A stretch of DNA of 64,000 nt. Source: an uncultured Christensenella sp. (GTDB taxonomy: Bacteria > Bacillota > Clostridia > Christensenellales > UBA1242). The DNA lies in contig CAJUGX010000001.1 of NCBI GenBank assembly GCA_910586385.1, positions 78,408-142,407 on the forward strand, read 5' to 3'. Within the stretch, counting starts at the first letter, position 1. Every line of letters starts with the position of its first letter. The notes beneath the pieces were generated by a model that did no database searches, was not told the origin of the DNA, and worked only from the letters and a program-made list of their open reading frames with translations. This document shows, piece after piece, positions 52,483-61,228 of the stretch. A program made the position numbers and the translations under genes.

Positions 52483-53600
52483 CAGCTTATTTTGACTATG
52501 CTTCCACATCTTATCGCAAGCCAAGATGTGTTTATAAAGCCATAAAATCCTACAAGAAATATGGAGTAAACATAGGACGAGGAAGCAATAAATATTCTTC
52601 AAAATGCACAGAGATTATTGAAGAAACACGACAAATGTTGAAGTCTTTGGTAAAGGCCGATGACAATTATCAAACTGTTTTCCAACCGTCTGCAACCTAT
52701 GCTTTAAACTTGTTGATTAAAGGACTTGACTATACAAAGATCCACAATGTTTATATCTCAAAATATGAACACAACTCTGTTGTAAGACCGCTTTTCAATA
52801 TGCAAAAGAAACATAACTTTGATATTGTTTATATCGAAGATTATGAAGAACAATTTAAACACAAAATACCAGACGTTGTTATCATCTCACATTTGACAAA
52901 TACATTTGGAATCATACAAGATTTTGAGAACATTTTTAAAGCAGCAAAGAAATACAAAGCAATAACAATCTTGGATATGGCACAATCCTTTGGACTTATC
53001 GAAACAAACATTGTTTCTGGGAAAGTTGATGCCGCTGTTTTCGCCGGACACAAAACCCTTTATGGATTTAGTGGAATTGGCGGAATCATACTCAATAACA
53101 GCCTAAAACTAAACGAAACTATACATGGCGGAACAGGAATTAAATCTGCTGATATTGAAATGCCAAATGAAAGGCCAATAAGATTTGAAGCAGGCACACA
53201 AAACATTCTTGGAATATTTAGTCTTTATTATTCTTGCAAATATTTGCTGAAACTTGGCTTTCGCAAAATAAACGAAATCGAAACAAAGAATTTCAACAAA
53301 CTGAAAACTATATTAAAAAGATATTCTTGCTTGGAAGTTATAGATCCACAAGTGCCATGCTCAACAATCGTTGCGTGCAGAATAAAGAACTATAATCCAG
53401 AAAACTTTGCCGACTTTTTCAGCAAGCATGGTGTTGCTTTAAGAACAGGACTACAATGCAGCCCAAACGCCCATAAATGCTTTGGAACTTTCCCAAGCGG
53501 AACTTTGCGATTTAGTGTTGGATTGTTTATCAAAAATCGTGAGTTTAAAACTCTTGAAAGAACATTGAAGAAACTACACAACAAACTCAACAAAAAATAA
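52479..53600 (+). CDS. Class-V PLP aminotransferase-fold cysteine desulfurase-like enzyme
   Basis: MTAYFDYASTS.., PLP-Lys block FAGHKTLYG, and a Cys loop RTGLQCSPNAH (group-II desulfurase-like). ATGA overlap with the PP-loop gene. Confidence 0.75.
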   Translation: MTAYFDYASTSYRKPRCVYKAIKSYKKYGVNIGRGSNKYSSKCTEIIEETRQMLKSLVKADDNYQTVFQPSATYALNLLIKGLDYTKIHNVYISKYEHNSVVRPLFNMQKKHNFDIVYIEDYEEQFKHKIPDVVIISHLTNTFGIIQDFENIFKAAKKYKAITILDMAQSFGLIETNIVSGKVDAAVFAGHKTLYGFSGIGGIILNNSLKLNETIHGGTGIKSADIEMPNERPIRFEAGTQNILGIFSLYYSCKYLLKLGFRKINEIETKNFNKLKTILKRYSCLEVIDPQVPCSTIVACRIKNYNPENFADFFSKHGVALRTGLQCSPNAHKCFGTFPSGTLRFSVGLFIKNREFKTLERTLKKLHNKLNKK

Positions 53601-53630
53601 AAGGTTGTCATTATCGACAACCTTTTTTCT
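53598..53630. terminator. Bidirectional terminator
   Basis: AAGGTTGTC-(6 nt)-GACAACCTT flanked by an A-run and a T-run. It lies between convergent genes. Confidence 0.8.
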
Positions 53631-55487
53631 TTAATAAATTCTTTCTGGCAAATCGTCAACAGGATCTCTTTCCAAAAGCATATCTGCAAAGGGATCTTTC
53701 TTTCGTTCTAACTCGTCACGAGTGTCATAGAAATAGCGTCTATTTTCAAGCTCAATTTCCCCATAAACTTGTCTGACATATTCTTCACGTGCTGGGCCTT
53801 TAAGCAAATATCTTTCTCTATCTTGACAATGCCCAAATCTATAAACATCAGGACTTGGTGCGTTGCCATTTCGCATTTGCACAACTTTTTCATATCCCAA
53901 AAGTTCAAGCGAGTATTCACAATCAACCAACAGCCCAATTTCTTTTTCCGAGAAACCTTTGTCTGCATATCTTTTGCAAATATCTGATCTACATTCATCA
54001 AAATCAGAATATTGGTCAATAGGTGGATATGCCAATCCAGAAGTATATTTTATTGTGTTTATCAATTGCAACATTTCATCAACTTTGTCATAAGAAACAT
54101 CTAAATTTTGTTTATTTAATTCATTGACTTTGTCTTTAATAAGTGGAAGGAGTTTCTTCGTATAACAATCTCTTACTTCAAGATCTACACTGCTAATTGC
54201 GGCACCAACATATCTTATTTGATCTCTATCAAGTAAAGTTTTAAAAATCTTTTCGGCTTCTTTAATGCTTAACACGTTGCCAAAATTTTCAAATGAATTT
54301 GAACAAACTGGTTTGCCTTCTTCAATCAATTCTGTCAGAAGTTTAGTGTATGTGCCTTCTTCTGTAAATTGGTCCATAACATTGAAAGTATATGAAATCC
54401 CATTTTGGATATAGTGTTTATAAATACTCTCATAATACGATTTACAAGCATTTTTATATTCTTTATCATCTTTAATCTCTCTACTCAAAGTTTTTAATTG
54501 AATGTCAAGCAGATGTTCAAGAACATCTTGTTTGAGTTTTAATCTTTGTGCAAACTTTGGGGCATTTGCAAAATAATATTCCATTTTGTCCTTTTCAAGC
54601 TCTTGGTGTTCAACTTTAATAACGTCTGCAAAAAATTTCTCATCATTTATTTTATCTAACAATTGTTCCAAAGCTAAATAAAACATTGTGGCTTCGTGTC
54701 GATTTACAGATTCCATTTCTTTCTCGGCATCATAAAAAATTCCCAAATCAGCAACAAATCTGTTCTTTCTTAAAACATCAATTTCATGTGAACAATCCCA
54801 AAGCTCTTTCAAACAAGAAAGTGCAAATTGTCTTGCGTCAATTTCGTATGATTGTGATAAATAGAGAGGAAAATCAAAATCTTCTTTATCCCCAATCAAT
54901 GAGTGTGCAAAGCGAAACTCTGCATTATCAATACGAGAAGCCATATTATACAATGCTTCGACATCATGAGGTTTAATTTTTAACGTGTCTGATACAAGAG
55001 AATCTTCGGCAACATGTTGTGAATAGTCCTTTATAAATCGGGCATATTCTTTGCTTTCATTTTTTGAAAAATCCAATTTCTTGTTATAAATTGCAACATT
55101 TGTTTGAACAAAATGGCGATATTCATGTGATAGTGTTTGAATAAGTGAAAGTATTTTTGACCTGTCAAACACTCCACCTGTTTCTTCTTCCTTATAAAAA
55201 AATATTTCTTCGTCACTAAGTGAATATTCTTCATTAGGAAGTTTACTTATTGCTCTTGTATAACCACCCTTAGTTTTAGTTTTATTTATAAACTCATTCA
55301 GCATTTGTTCTGCGTCTTTCTCAACAAAAGAGAAGGATATATTCCTTAATTTAAGCTCTTTAAATTTAGGCTTAACAAAAGCGTCAAGATATTCGTTTAA
55401 GAAATCTTGCATATTATCATAGCCAACAATGACATCATTTTTGGCAAGTTTTTCGAGAAATTTCTTTTGTTTTCTGTCAAGTTTCAT
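53631..55487 (-). CDS. 618-aa hypothetical protein with an HExxH zincin-like motif
   Basis: Start at MKLDRKQKK (AAAGGTGG RBS). ..LIQTLSHEYRHFVQ.. is followed by ..SYEIDARQFA... The rest is helical. Confidence 0.5.
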   Translation of the reverse strand: MKLDRKQKKFLEKLAKNDVIVGYDNMQDFLNEYLDAFVKPKFKELKLRNISFSFVEKDAEQMLNEFINKTKTKGGYTRAISKLPNEEYSLSDEEIFFYKEEETGGVFDRSKILSLIQTLSHEYRHFVQTNVAIYNKKLDFSKNESKEYARFIKDYSQHVAEDSLVSDTLKIKPHDVEALYNMASRIDNAEFRFAHSLIGDKEDFDFPLYLSQSYEIDARQFALSCLKELWDCSHEIDVLRKNRFVADLGIFYDAEKEMESVNRHEATMFYLALEQLLDKINDEKFFADVIKVEHQELEKDKMEYYFANAPKFAQRLKLKQDVLEHLLDIQLKTLSREIKDDKEYKNACKSYYESIYKHYIQNGISYTFNVMDQFTEEGTYTKLLTELIEEGKPVCSNSFENFGNVLSIKEAEKIFKTLLDRDQIRYVGAAISSVDLEVRDCYTKKLLPLIKDKVNELNKQNLDVSYDKVDEMLQLINTIKYTSGLAYPPIDQYSDFDECRSDICKRYADKGFSEKEIGLLVDCEYSLELLGYEKVVQMRNGNAPSPDVYRFGHCQDRERYLLKGPAREEYVRQVYGEIELENRRYFYDTRDELERKKDPFADMLLERDPVDDLPERIY

Positions 55488-55505
55488 AACTACCACCTTT
55501 CTACA

Positions 55506-55514
55506 ATTATAACA
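55506..55514 (-). promoter_or_regulatory. Extended -10 element TGTTATAAT for the HExxH gene
   Basis: It explains the spurious MCYNCRKVVV N-terminal extension in the ORF track. Confidence 0.5.
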
Positions 55515-55618
55515 CAATTATAAATTTTTGTAAATATCTAAGTAAAGTTTTTTATAAATATGGAAAAGTTTAATGCTACACTTTTTTATCAAAAACATAT
55601 ACAAACTTATGGAAAGTA

Positions 55619-55627
55619 TGCTATAAT
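55619..55627 (+). promoter_or_regulatory. Extended -10 element TGCTATAAT for the decarboxylase-pnuC unit
   Basis: About 34 nt upstream of ATG 55661. The RBS AAAGGA lies in between. Confidence 0.5.
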
Positions 55628-55660
55628 ATCCATAATGAAAAAACAAATAAAGGACACTCG

Positions 55661-56755
55661 ATGACAACTTATAAAATCAACACAACAAAATTGAAAGAAA
55701 ACTATGAAATGTTTGCGGGCTTTGGACCTGTTTATTTTCCTATTAAAACAAATCACAATCCAATTATTTTGAAAAGACTCAAAGAACTTGGTTGTGGATT
55801 TGAAACTGACAGCATTGAGCATATTAAAAAAGTTTATTCAAAAAACATTGCTGATAAAATTATGTTTTCAAATGTTGCCAAATCCTATGATGATGTTGTG
55901 TGGGCAATCAAACATAAGATTTCTTACTATACAATTGATGATGAAAACTCACTTAAACAAATTATTGACTTAGCAATTAAACACAAATTGCCAAAACTGA
56001 AAATCAATGTAAGACTTAATGTGTATGAGTGCTTTAAGGAAGAATTTGACAAGAAAGGCACATCAGACTCTCGTCTTGGCGCTATTGTAAAAACAGCAAC
56101 AAAACTTTTGAAAATTATCAATGAAGAAAAGTGCATTGAAATAGAAAAAGGAATAAGTTTTTATATTCAAGCTGAAATCCACAATGACGAAGATTGCTTG
56201 ATAAAAATGTTGGAACACATAACAAAGTCTTTCAACAAAAAGATTAGCATTGATTTCATCAATATCGGTGGTGGTGCAAATAAAGAACGCTTGCTTTACA
56301 CGATGCCAACAATCGAAAAAACTCTTAAACATTTTGGTGCAAAGTATATTGTTTTAGAGCCCGGAAGATATATGGTTGGTGATGTGGAAGATGTTTATAT
56401 CCCATGCGTTAGAGTTGTTGATAATTTGGCACTTAAAAACGAAGTTGTAGCTTCGCTTGAACTTGGAATCTATAACGGTTTGATAGATATGCAGCTTCAC
56501 AAAAGACAATTTGAGATTTTTGCCTACAATGGCGAAAAATTGATAAAACTTGAAAAAGCAAACAACAAGCAAAAACTCGTTTTGCGTGGACCAACCGCCG
56601 ACTCTCTTGATATTATTGGCGTTTATTCTTTGCCAGATTGCAAGATTGACAGCAAAACAATCTTTGTCATAAAGAATGTTGGTGCTTATGTTGAAGTTTT
56701 CAACTCTGCTTTTTCTGGCGAAATTAAAACTTGTTTTGTTGAGGTGCTCCAATGA
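55661..56755 (+). CDS. Fold-type III PLP enzyme of the Orn/DAP/Arg decarboxylase family, with the usual active-site Cys replaced by Ala
   Basis: PLP-Lys block YFPIKTNHNP, GCGFETDS, INIGGGA, LEPGRYMVG. It has RGPTADSLD where the family normally has GP(T/I)C(E/D)S.D. Confidence 0.7.
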   Translation: MTTYKINTTKLKENYEMFAGFGPVYFPIKTNHNPIILKRLKELGCGFETDSIEHIKKVYSKNIADKIMFSNVAKSYDDVVWAIKHKISYYTIDDENSLKQIIDLAIKHKLPKLKINVRLNVYECFKEEFDKKGTSDSRLGAIVKTATKLLKIINEEKCIEIEKGISFYIQAEIHNDEDCLIKMLEHITKSFNKKISIDFINIGGGANKERLLYTMPTIEKTLKHFGAKYIVLEPGRYMVGDVEDVYIPCVRVVDNLALKNEVVASLELGIYNGLIDMQLHKRQFEIFAYNGEKLIKLEKANNKQKLVLRGPTADSLDIIGVYSLPDCKIDSKTIFVIKNVGAYVEVFNSAFSGEIKTCFVEVLQ

Positions 56756-57495
56756 AAAAACTTAAAACTTGGAAGGGTTATAATTGGCTTGATTTGGTTT
56801 TAATACTTTCTGGCATTATCGCAGTGACCGTCACAGGAATTTTGTTTAAATCGGAATGGTTTATTATTGCAAATACTCTTTTAGGATTGTTGTGCGTTTT
56901 TACACAAGCCAAAGGAAAAATTGCCACACAATTTATCGGCGTTGCTTACTTTTGTTTTTACATCTATATTTGCTACACACAAAAGTTTTATGGCGAAGCA
57001 CTCTTATATTTGATAATCATGTTGCCTATGTATATTTACGGTGTTATCCATTGGCTTGCACATAGAGATAAACAAGACAACGTTGTTATCGTGCGCAGCA
57101 ATCTCTCAAAGAAAGAATGGTTGTTTTCATCTCTCGCTTTTGTTGGTGTGGGTGTTGCAGTTTTCTTTATTTTAAGAGCGCTGCAAACAAATCAGCTTGT
57201 GACAAACACATTTTCGTTTTTGTCAATGCTGCCCGCTGTTTATCTTTTGATAAGAAGATGTAAGTGGAATCAAGTTGCGTTTTTGATAAACGATTTTATC
57301 GTGCCTATTCTTTGGATATTTCTTGTTGTGCAGGGAGATTTATCTTTCATTCCAATGTGTATATATCATGTTTTCCAAATTGCCTATGATGTATATGGTT
57401 TATTTGAATGGATTAAACTTGAAAAGAAACAAAAGCAAGAAATTGTCCTTAATCCACCTACTGATGAAGAAAACAATGAAAATCCGTCTGTTTAG
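56752..57495 (+). CDS. pnuC: PnuC-family (nicotinamide riboside-type) transporter
   Basis: About 7 TM helices. ..ANTLLGLLCVFTQAKGKIATQFIGVAY..YGEALLYLIIMLPMYIYGVIHW.. fits the PnuC pattern. ATGA overlap with the decarboxylase. Confidence 0.7.
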   Translation: MKKLKTWKGYNWLDLVLILSGIIAVTVTGILFKSEWFIIANTLLGLLCVFTQAKGKIATQFIGVAYFCFYIYICYTQKFYGEALLYLIIMLPMYIYGVIHWLAHRDKQDNVVIVRSNLSKKEWLFSSLAFVGVGVAVFFILRALQTNQLVTNTFSFLSMLPAVYLLIRRCKWNQVAFLINDFIVPILWIFLVVQGDLSFIPMCIYHVFQIAYDVYGLFEWIKLEKKQKQEIVLNPPTDEENNENPSV

Positions 57496-57508
57496 ACGGA
57501 TTTTTTAT
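57482..57508 (+). terminator. Rho-independent terminator overlapping the pnuC stop
   Basis: ATCCGTCT-gttt-AGACGGAT followed by TTTTTT. Confidence 0.85.
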
Positions 57509-57537
57509 TTTAAAATGGTGCAAAATCGGAAGTTTTA

Positions 57538-57546
57538 TGTTATAAT
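57538..57546 (+). promoter_or_regulatory. Extended -10 element TGTTATAAT for the 57562-64000 operon
   Basis: 15 nt upstream of ATG 57562. The RBS GAGG lies in between. Confidence 0.5.
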
Positions 57547-57561
57547 AAAAATGAGGTATAT

Positions 57562-58605
57562 ATGGATCTTCAAGTTTTGGTTAATGAATATATAAACAAC
57601 CAACTTTTAAAAGTTGACAATTTGCCAACGGAATTAAACGGAAATATGATTGACAGATTGTTTGCCAAGAAGTTTAGAAAATACTCTATTGATCCACAAG
57701 TGAGAATTGATGTCGAAACAAAATTAAACAACATCATTGACAAAAAATTGCCTTTGACCTTTGTTCCAAGTTTTGGTGGATATAAGCATTGGTGGGCACC
57801 AACCTATCCAACAATTGATTGGGCAGAAATCTTCAACATGAAATTTATGCTTGAATATCTTGCACCTATTTGTGCCAACTATCATGACAACAAAAGCACA
57901 ATCGAATATGAAAGTGAAGAAATCATTTTAAGCGAACTCAACAATGTGCCACAATCTGGACTTGACGAATACACAAACACTTTCAGAAAGGCTTTGGAGT
58001 TTTTCAACAAAAATCAAAAAGTTGTTGAAATGAAATTAAGTCTTGCAAGAGAACAATACAAAGACTATGACTTTGATAAACAAAAATTGCTTAAACGAAT
58101 TGAAGAAATGATGTCGGATTACACTGATCGTTTCAACAGCTATGATCCAGAAGATCAAGCAAGAAGAATACAAAAAGCAAGAACAAATTTTAAGTTGAAT
58201 GGTGTTGTTGATTATTCTCATTTGAGTGAACAAGAACAAGAAGAACTTTATAAGAAATCCCGCATATTAAACGAGGCTTTCTTGGATGCCGATTATGAAG
58301 TGCGTGGAAACGATTTCTTTGAAAAAGAAAACAACATTCCTTTGTTGTTCTCGTTTGGGCTTGGTCCCGGCGGAGAAGCATGGCTACACATTGGATCGAG
58401 CAAATCTTCAATGACAGACTTCTGGGCAGGCACAGGCATTTTGGAAGTGAGAGAAAACGGACAAATCATTGAAAGAATTTTAAGCAGAACGCAGTTTGAA
58501 AATGTTAAAGCCAAACTTGTGAAAGTCGCTGTTGAAAGCCCTATTTCAAACATCTGCACCCCACTTTCTTACATCTATGTTTATGAAGGACAATTGAATT
58601 TTTAG
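57562..58605 (+). CDS. Hypothetical protein (347 aa), first gene of the operon
   Basis: Long ORF with a good RBS. I recognised no family motif. Confidence 0.5.
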   Translation: MDLQVLVNEYINNQLLKVDNLPTELNGNMIDRLFAKKFRKYSIDPQVRIDVETKLNNIIDKKLPLTFVPSFGGYKHWWAPTYPTIDWAEIFNMKFMLEYLAPICANYHDNKSTIEYESEEIILSELNNVPQSGLDEYTNTFRKALEFFNKNQKVVEMKLSLAREQYKDYDFDKQKLLKRIEEMMSDYTDRFNSYDPEDQARRIQKARTNFKLNGVVDYSHLSEQEQEELYKKSRILNEAFLDADYEVRGNDFFEKENNIPLLFSFGLGPGGEAWLHIGSSKSSMTDFWAGTGILEVRENGQIIERILSRTQFENVKAKLVKVAVESPISNICTPLSYIYVYEGQLNF

Positions 58606-58622
58606 TTAAAAGGTATTTTATA

Positions 58623-59732
58623 ATGGCAATAAACTATAAAGATATAAACAAACGCATTTGCGATAGAACTGAAAGTTGGTGTTGGCAAACGGACAGAAAA
58701 ATTTCACAAGAAGAAGTTAGAGAGATTTGGCAAGATAAACATCGTGGCATTTCAAGCAAAGAATTGATTGAAAAAGTAAATAACGAACTGAAAGGCAATA
58801 AATTGATTTCAATCAATGAAGTTGACAAAAACGCACAAGAGAATTTGGGTTTCATCAATTCTGTGAGGGTTGGGACTTTGGATAATGGCAAGAAAGTGAT
58901 TATTCGCTGTCACCCAAAAGGAATTAAAAACGGATATTTTCATGTTGAGAGTTTGGTGGCAAAAGAACTCAAAAATATGGGGTTGCCTACCTATTCAACA
59001 TATTGTATTCATGATTTGGAAGATGAAAACGATTGTGCATTTCAAGTTATTGAAAAAATCGAAGGAATTGCTGTCAAAAATTGGCTTGAAGCACACCCAG
59101 AAGATACAATGAAGTTGACTTATGAAACTGGCAAAATGATGAGAAAAATGCACGCTTTGAAAGTGAAAGGTTTCGGCAGTTTTGATAATGAAAAAGCAAA
59201 GCTTGGAAAACTTGAATGTTTGCACAATTCATTGGCAAACTTTGTAAATTGTGGATTGAAAAATAATTTGGAGACGCTTGTTAAATATAAAACTATTACA
59301 CAAGAACAATCTGCAAAGATTTTGAATTTGTTTTCAAAAGACAATCCATTGTTAGATTGCAAGCAATCTGTTTTAATTCATAACGATTTTGTGGACTGGA
59401 ACTTATTGACTGACGGAAATACAATCACTGGCATTTTGGATTTGGACGAATGTGCTGGCGGTGCAGCTGTTTGTGATATTGCTTCTTGGAGTGGCATGAG
59501 TTCACTTGAAAGAGTTGAAGAATTTTTGAAGGGATATTTTGAAGATGAAAAGCCAAGCCAAGATTTTGACAGAAAATTAAAGTTGATTTCATTTAGGTGG
59601 ATCATCTCAAATATGTCTTTGAGAAATAGCAGACTTGAATATATGCCAGACGATAAATTTTTGCAAAGTCTGATTGCTGATGGAAAGGAACAAATGAAGT
59701 TTTATATGAATTATTTTAATTTAGGAGAATAG
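58623..59732 (+). CDS. APH/choline-kinase-fold phosphotransferase (paralogue 1)
   Basis: ..KVIIRCHPKGIKNGYFHVE.., catalytic loop LIHNDFVDWNLL, and GILDLDECAGG (DxD). Confidence 0.75.
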   Translation: MAINYKDINKRICDRTESWCWQTDRKISQEEVREIWQDKHRGISSKELIEKVNNELKGNKLISINEVDKNAQENLGFINSVRVGTLDNGKKVIIRCHPKGIKNGYFHVESLVAKELKNMGLPTYSTYCIHDLEDENDCAFQVIEKIEGIAVKNWLEAHPEDTMKLTYETGKMMRKMHALKVKGFGSFDNEKAKLGKLECLHNSLANFVNCGLKNNLETLVKYKTITQEQSAKILNLFSKDNPLLDCKQSVLIHNDFVDWNLLTDGNTITGILDLDECAGGAAVCDIASWSGMSSLERVEEFLKGYFEDEKPSQDFDRKLKLISFRWIISNMSLRNSRLEYMPDDKFLQSLIADGKEQMKFYMNYFNLGE

Positions 59733-59734
59733 AA

Positions 59735-60475
59735 ATGAGAGTTATTTTAATTACAGGTGCAACATCTGGTGTTGGCTTTGAAGCGGCAAAACTTTTCTCG
59801 AAAGACAAAAACACAAAAGTTGTAAGTTTATCTATTGGCTTAGATAACATTGAGAAGGCAAAGAAGAAATTGCCAAATGCAGATTTTTTGCAATGTGATG
59901 TTTCAGATTACAATGCACTGGTGAAAATTGCAGAACAAGTTGAACAGAAATATGGCAAAATTGATGTATTAGTAAACAACGCAGGGACTATTATTCCGGG
60001 CAACATTGAAACTCTCGCAGTTGATGATTGGGATAAAGTGATAAAGAACAACTTTTCAAGTTATTTCTATGTTTCAAAAGCATTTTTGCCTTTACTTAAA
60101 AAAGGAACAAATCCTAACATTGTGTGCATTTCTTCAATCTCTGCAACCGCAGGTGGAAGTTCAATCGCCTACTCTTGTGCAAAAGCAGGCGTGAACATGA
60201 TTGCACAAACACTTGCAAAAGATTTGGCACAATATAATATTCGTGTGAACACAATCTCGCCAGGTATGCTTAATTCTGGTTTTCAAATTCACAACAATGT
60301 GATGAACGAAGAACAATACAAAGAGATGTTAGAAAAACAAAGCGCAAGTTATCCTTTTGGAATTGGCACAGCTTTGGATATTGCAAATGCAATTATCTTC
60401 CTTTCAAGTGAAAAAGCAAGTTGGATTTCTGGTGCTGATTTACTTGTTGACGGTGGAAAACTTGCAAGCAGATAA
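59735..60475 (+). CDS. Short-chain dehydrogenase/reductase
   Basis: ITGATSGVGFE, NNAG, YSCAKAG. Confidence 0.85.
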   Translation: MRVILITGATSGVGFEAAKLFSKDKNTKVVSLSIGLDNIEKAKKKLPNADFLQCDVSDYNALVKIAEQVEQKYGKIDVLVNNAGTIIPGNIETLAVDDWDKVIKNNFSSYFYVSKAFLPLLKKGTNPNIVCISSISATAGGSSIAYSCAKAGVNMIAQTLAKDLAQYNIRVNTISPGMLNSGFQIHNNVMNEEQYKEMLEKQSASYPFGIGTALDIANAIIFLSSEKASWISGADLLVDGGKLASR

Positions 60476-60485
60476 GGAGTAAAAC

Positions 60486-61214
60486 ATGAAAAAAGTTGCA
60501 TTAGTCACAGGCAGCACAATGGGAATTGGACTTGCCACTGCCAAAAAATTGGCAAAGAAAAATATCGTTATCATCAATAGCAATAAAGCAGTTGACAAAG
60601 GTTTTATTGAAAAAGAGTTTGGTAAAAATGCAGAAGTTTATTTCTACAAAGCTGACATTTCGAACAAAGAAGATTTGATTGCTATGCGTGATTGGATTAA
60701 AAAGAAGTTTGGAAGGCTTGATTATTTATCCGCACACGCAGGCATTATTCCGCTTCCATGTGGGATTGATGACATAACAGATGAGAATATGCACAAAACA
60801 ATCGACACCAACCTTATTGGCACTTTCAACACTGTCAAATTGTTTGGCAATCTTATCAAAGAAACTGCCAAGAAAGGTGCGATTTGCTGCACAACATCTG
60901 TTGACGGAATTATTGGCGAGCCATACGCAGTTATTTACTCAACAACAAAAGCAGGTATAATTTCACTCACAAAATCTTATGCAAGATATTTTGGCAAGGA
61001 TATTCGTGTAAATGCAGTTGCACCCGGACTTATTGACACCCCACTCACAGCAAACTCTGGTGAAGATCCGGCTGCCACAACTGATTTTTCAATCATTAAA
61101 AGAATGGGCAAGCCAGAAGAAATTGCAAATGCAATCGCCTTTCTATTGTCAGACGAGGCAAGTTTTATAACAGGACAAATTCTTGCTGTTGACGGTGGAT
61201 TTACATTAAAGTAA
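60486..61214 (+). CDS. Short-chain dehydrogenase/reductase
   Basis: VTGSTMGIGLA, YSTTKAG, PGLIDTP. Confidence 0.85.
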   Translation: MKKVALVTGSTMGIGLATAKKLAKKNIVIINSNKAVDKGFIEKEFGKNAEVYFYKADISNKEDLIAMRDWIKKKFGRLDYLSAHAGIIPLPCGIDDITDENMHKTIDTNLIGTFNTVKLFGNLIKETAKKGAICCTTSVDGIIGEPYAVIYSTTKAGIISLTKSYARYFGKDIRVNAVAPGLIDTPLTANSGEDPAATTDFSIIKRMGKPEEIANAIAFLLSDEASFITGQILAVDGGFTLK

Positions 61215-61228
61215 AAAGGAGAAAAGAG

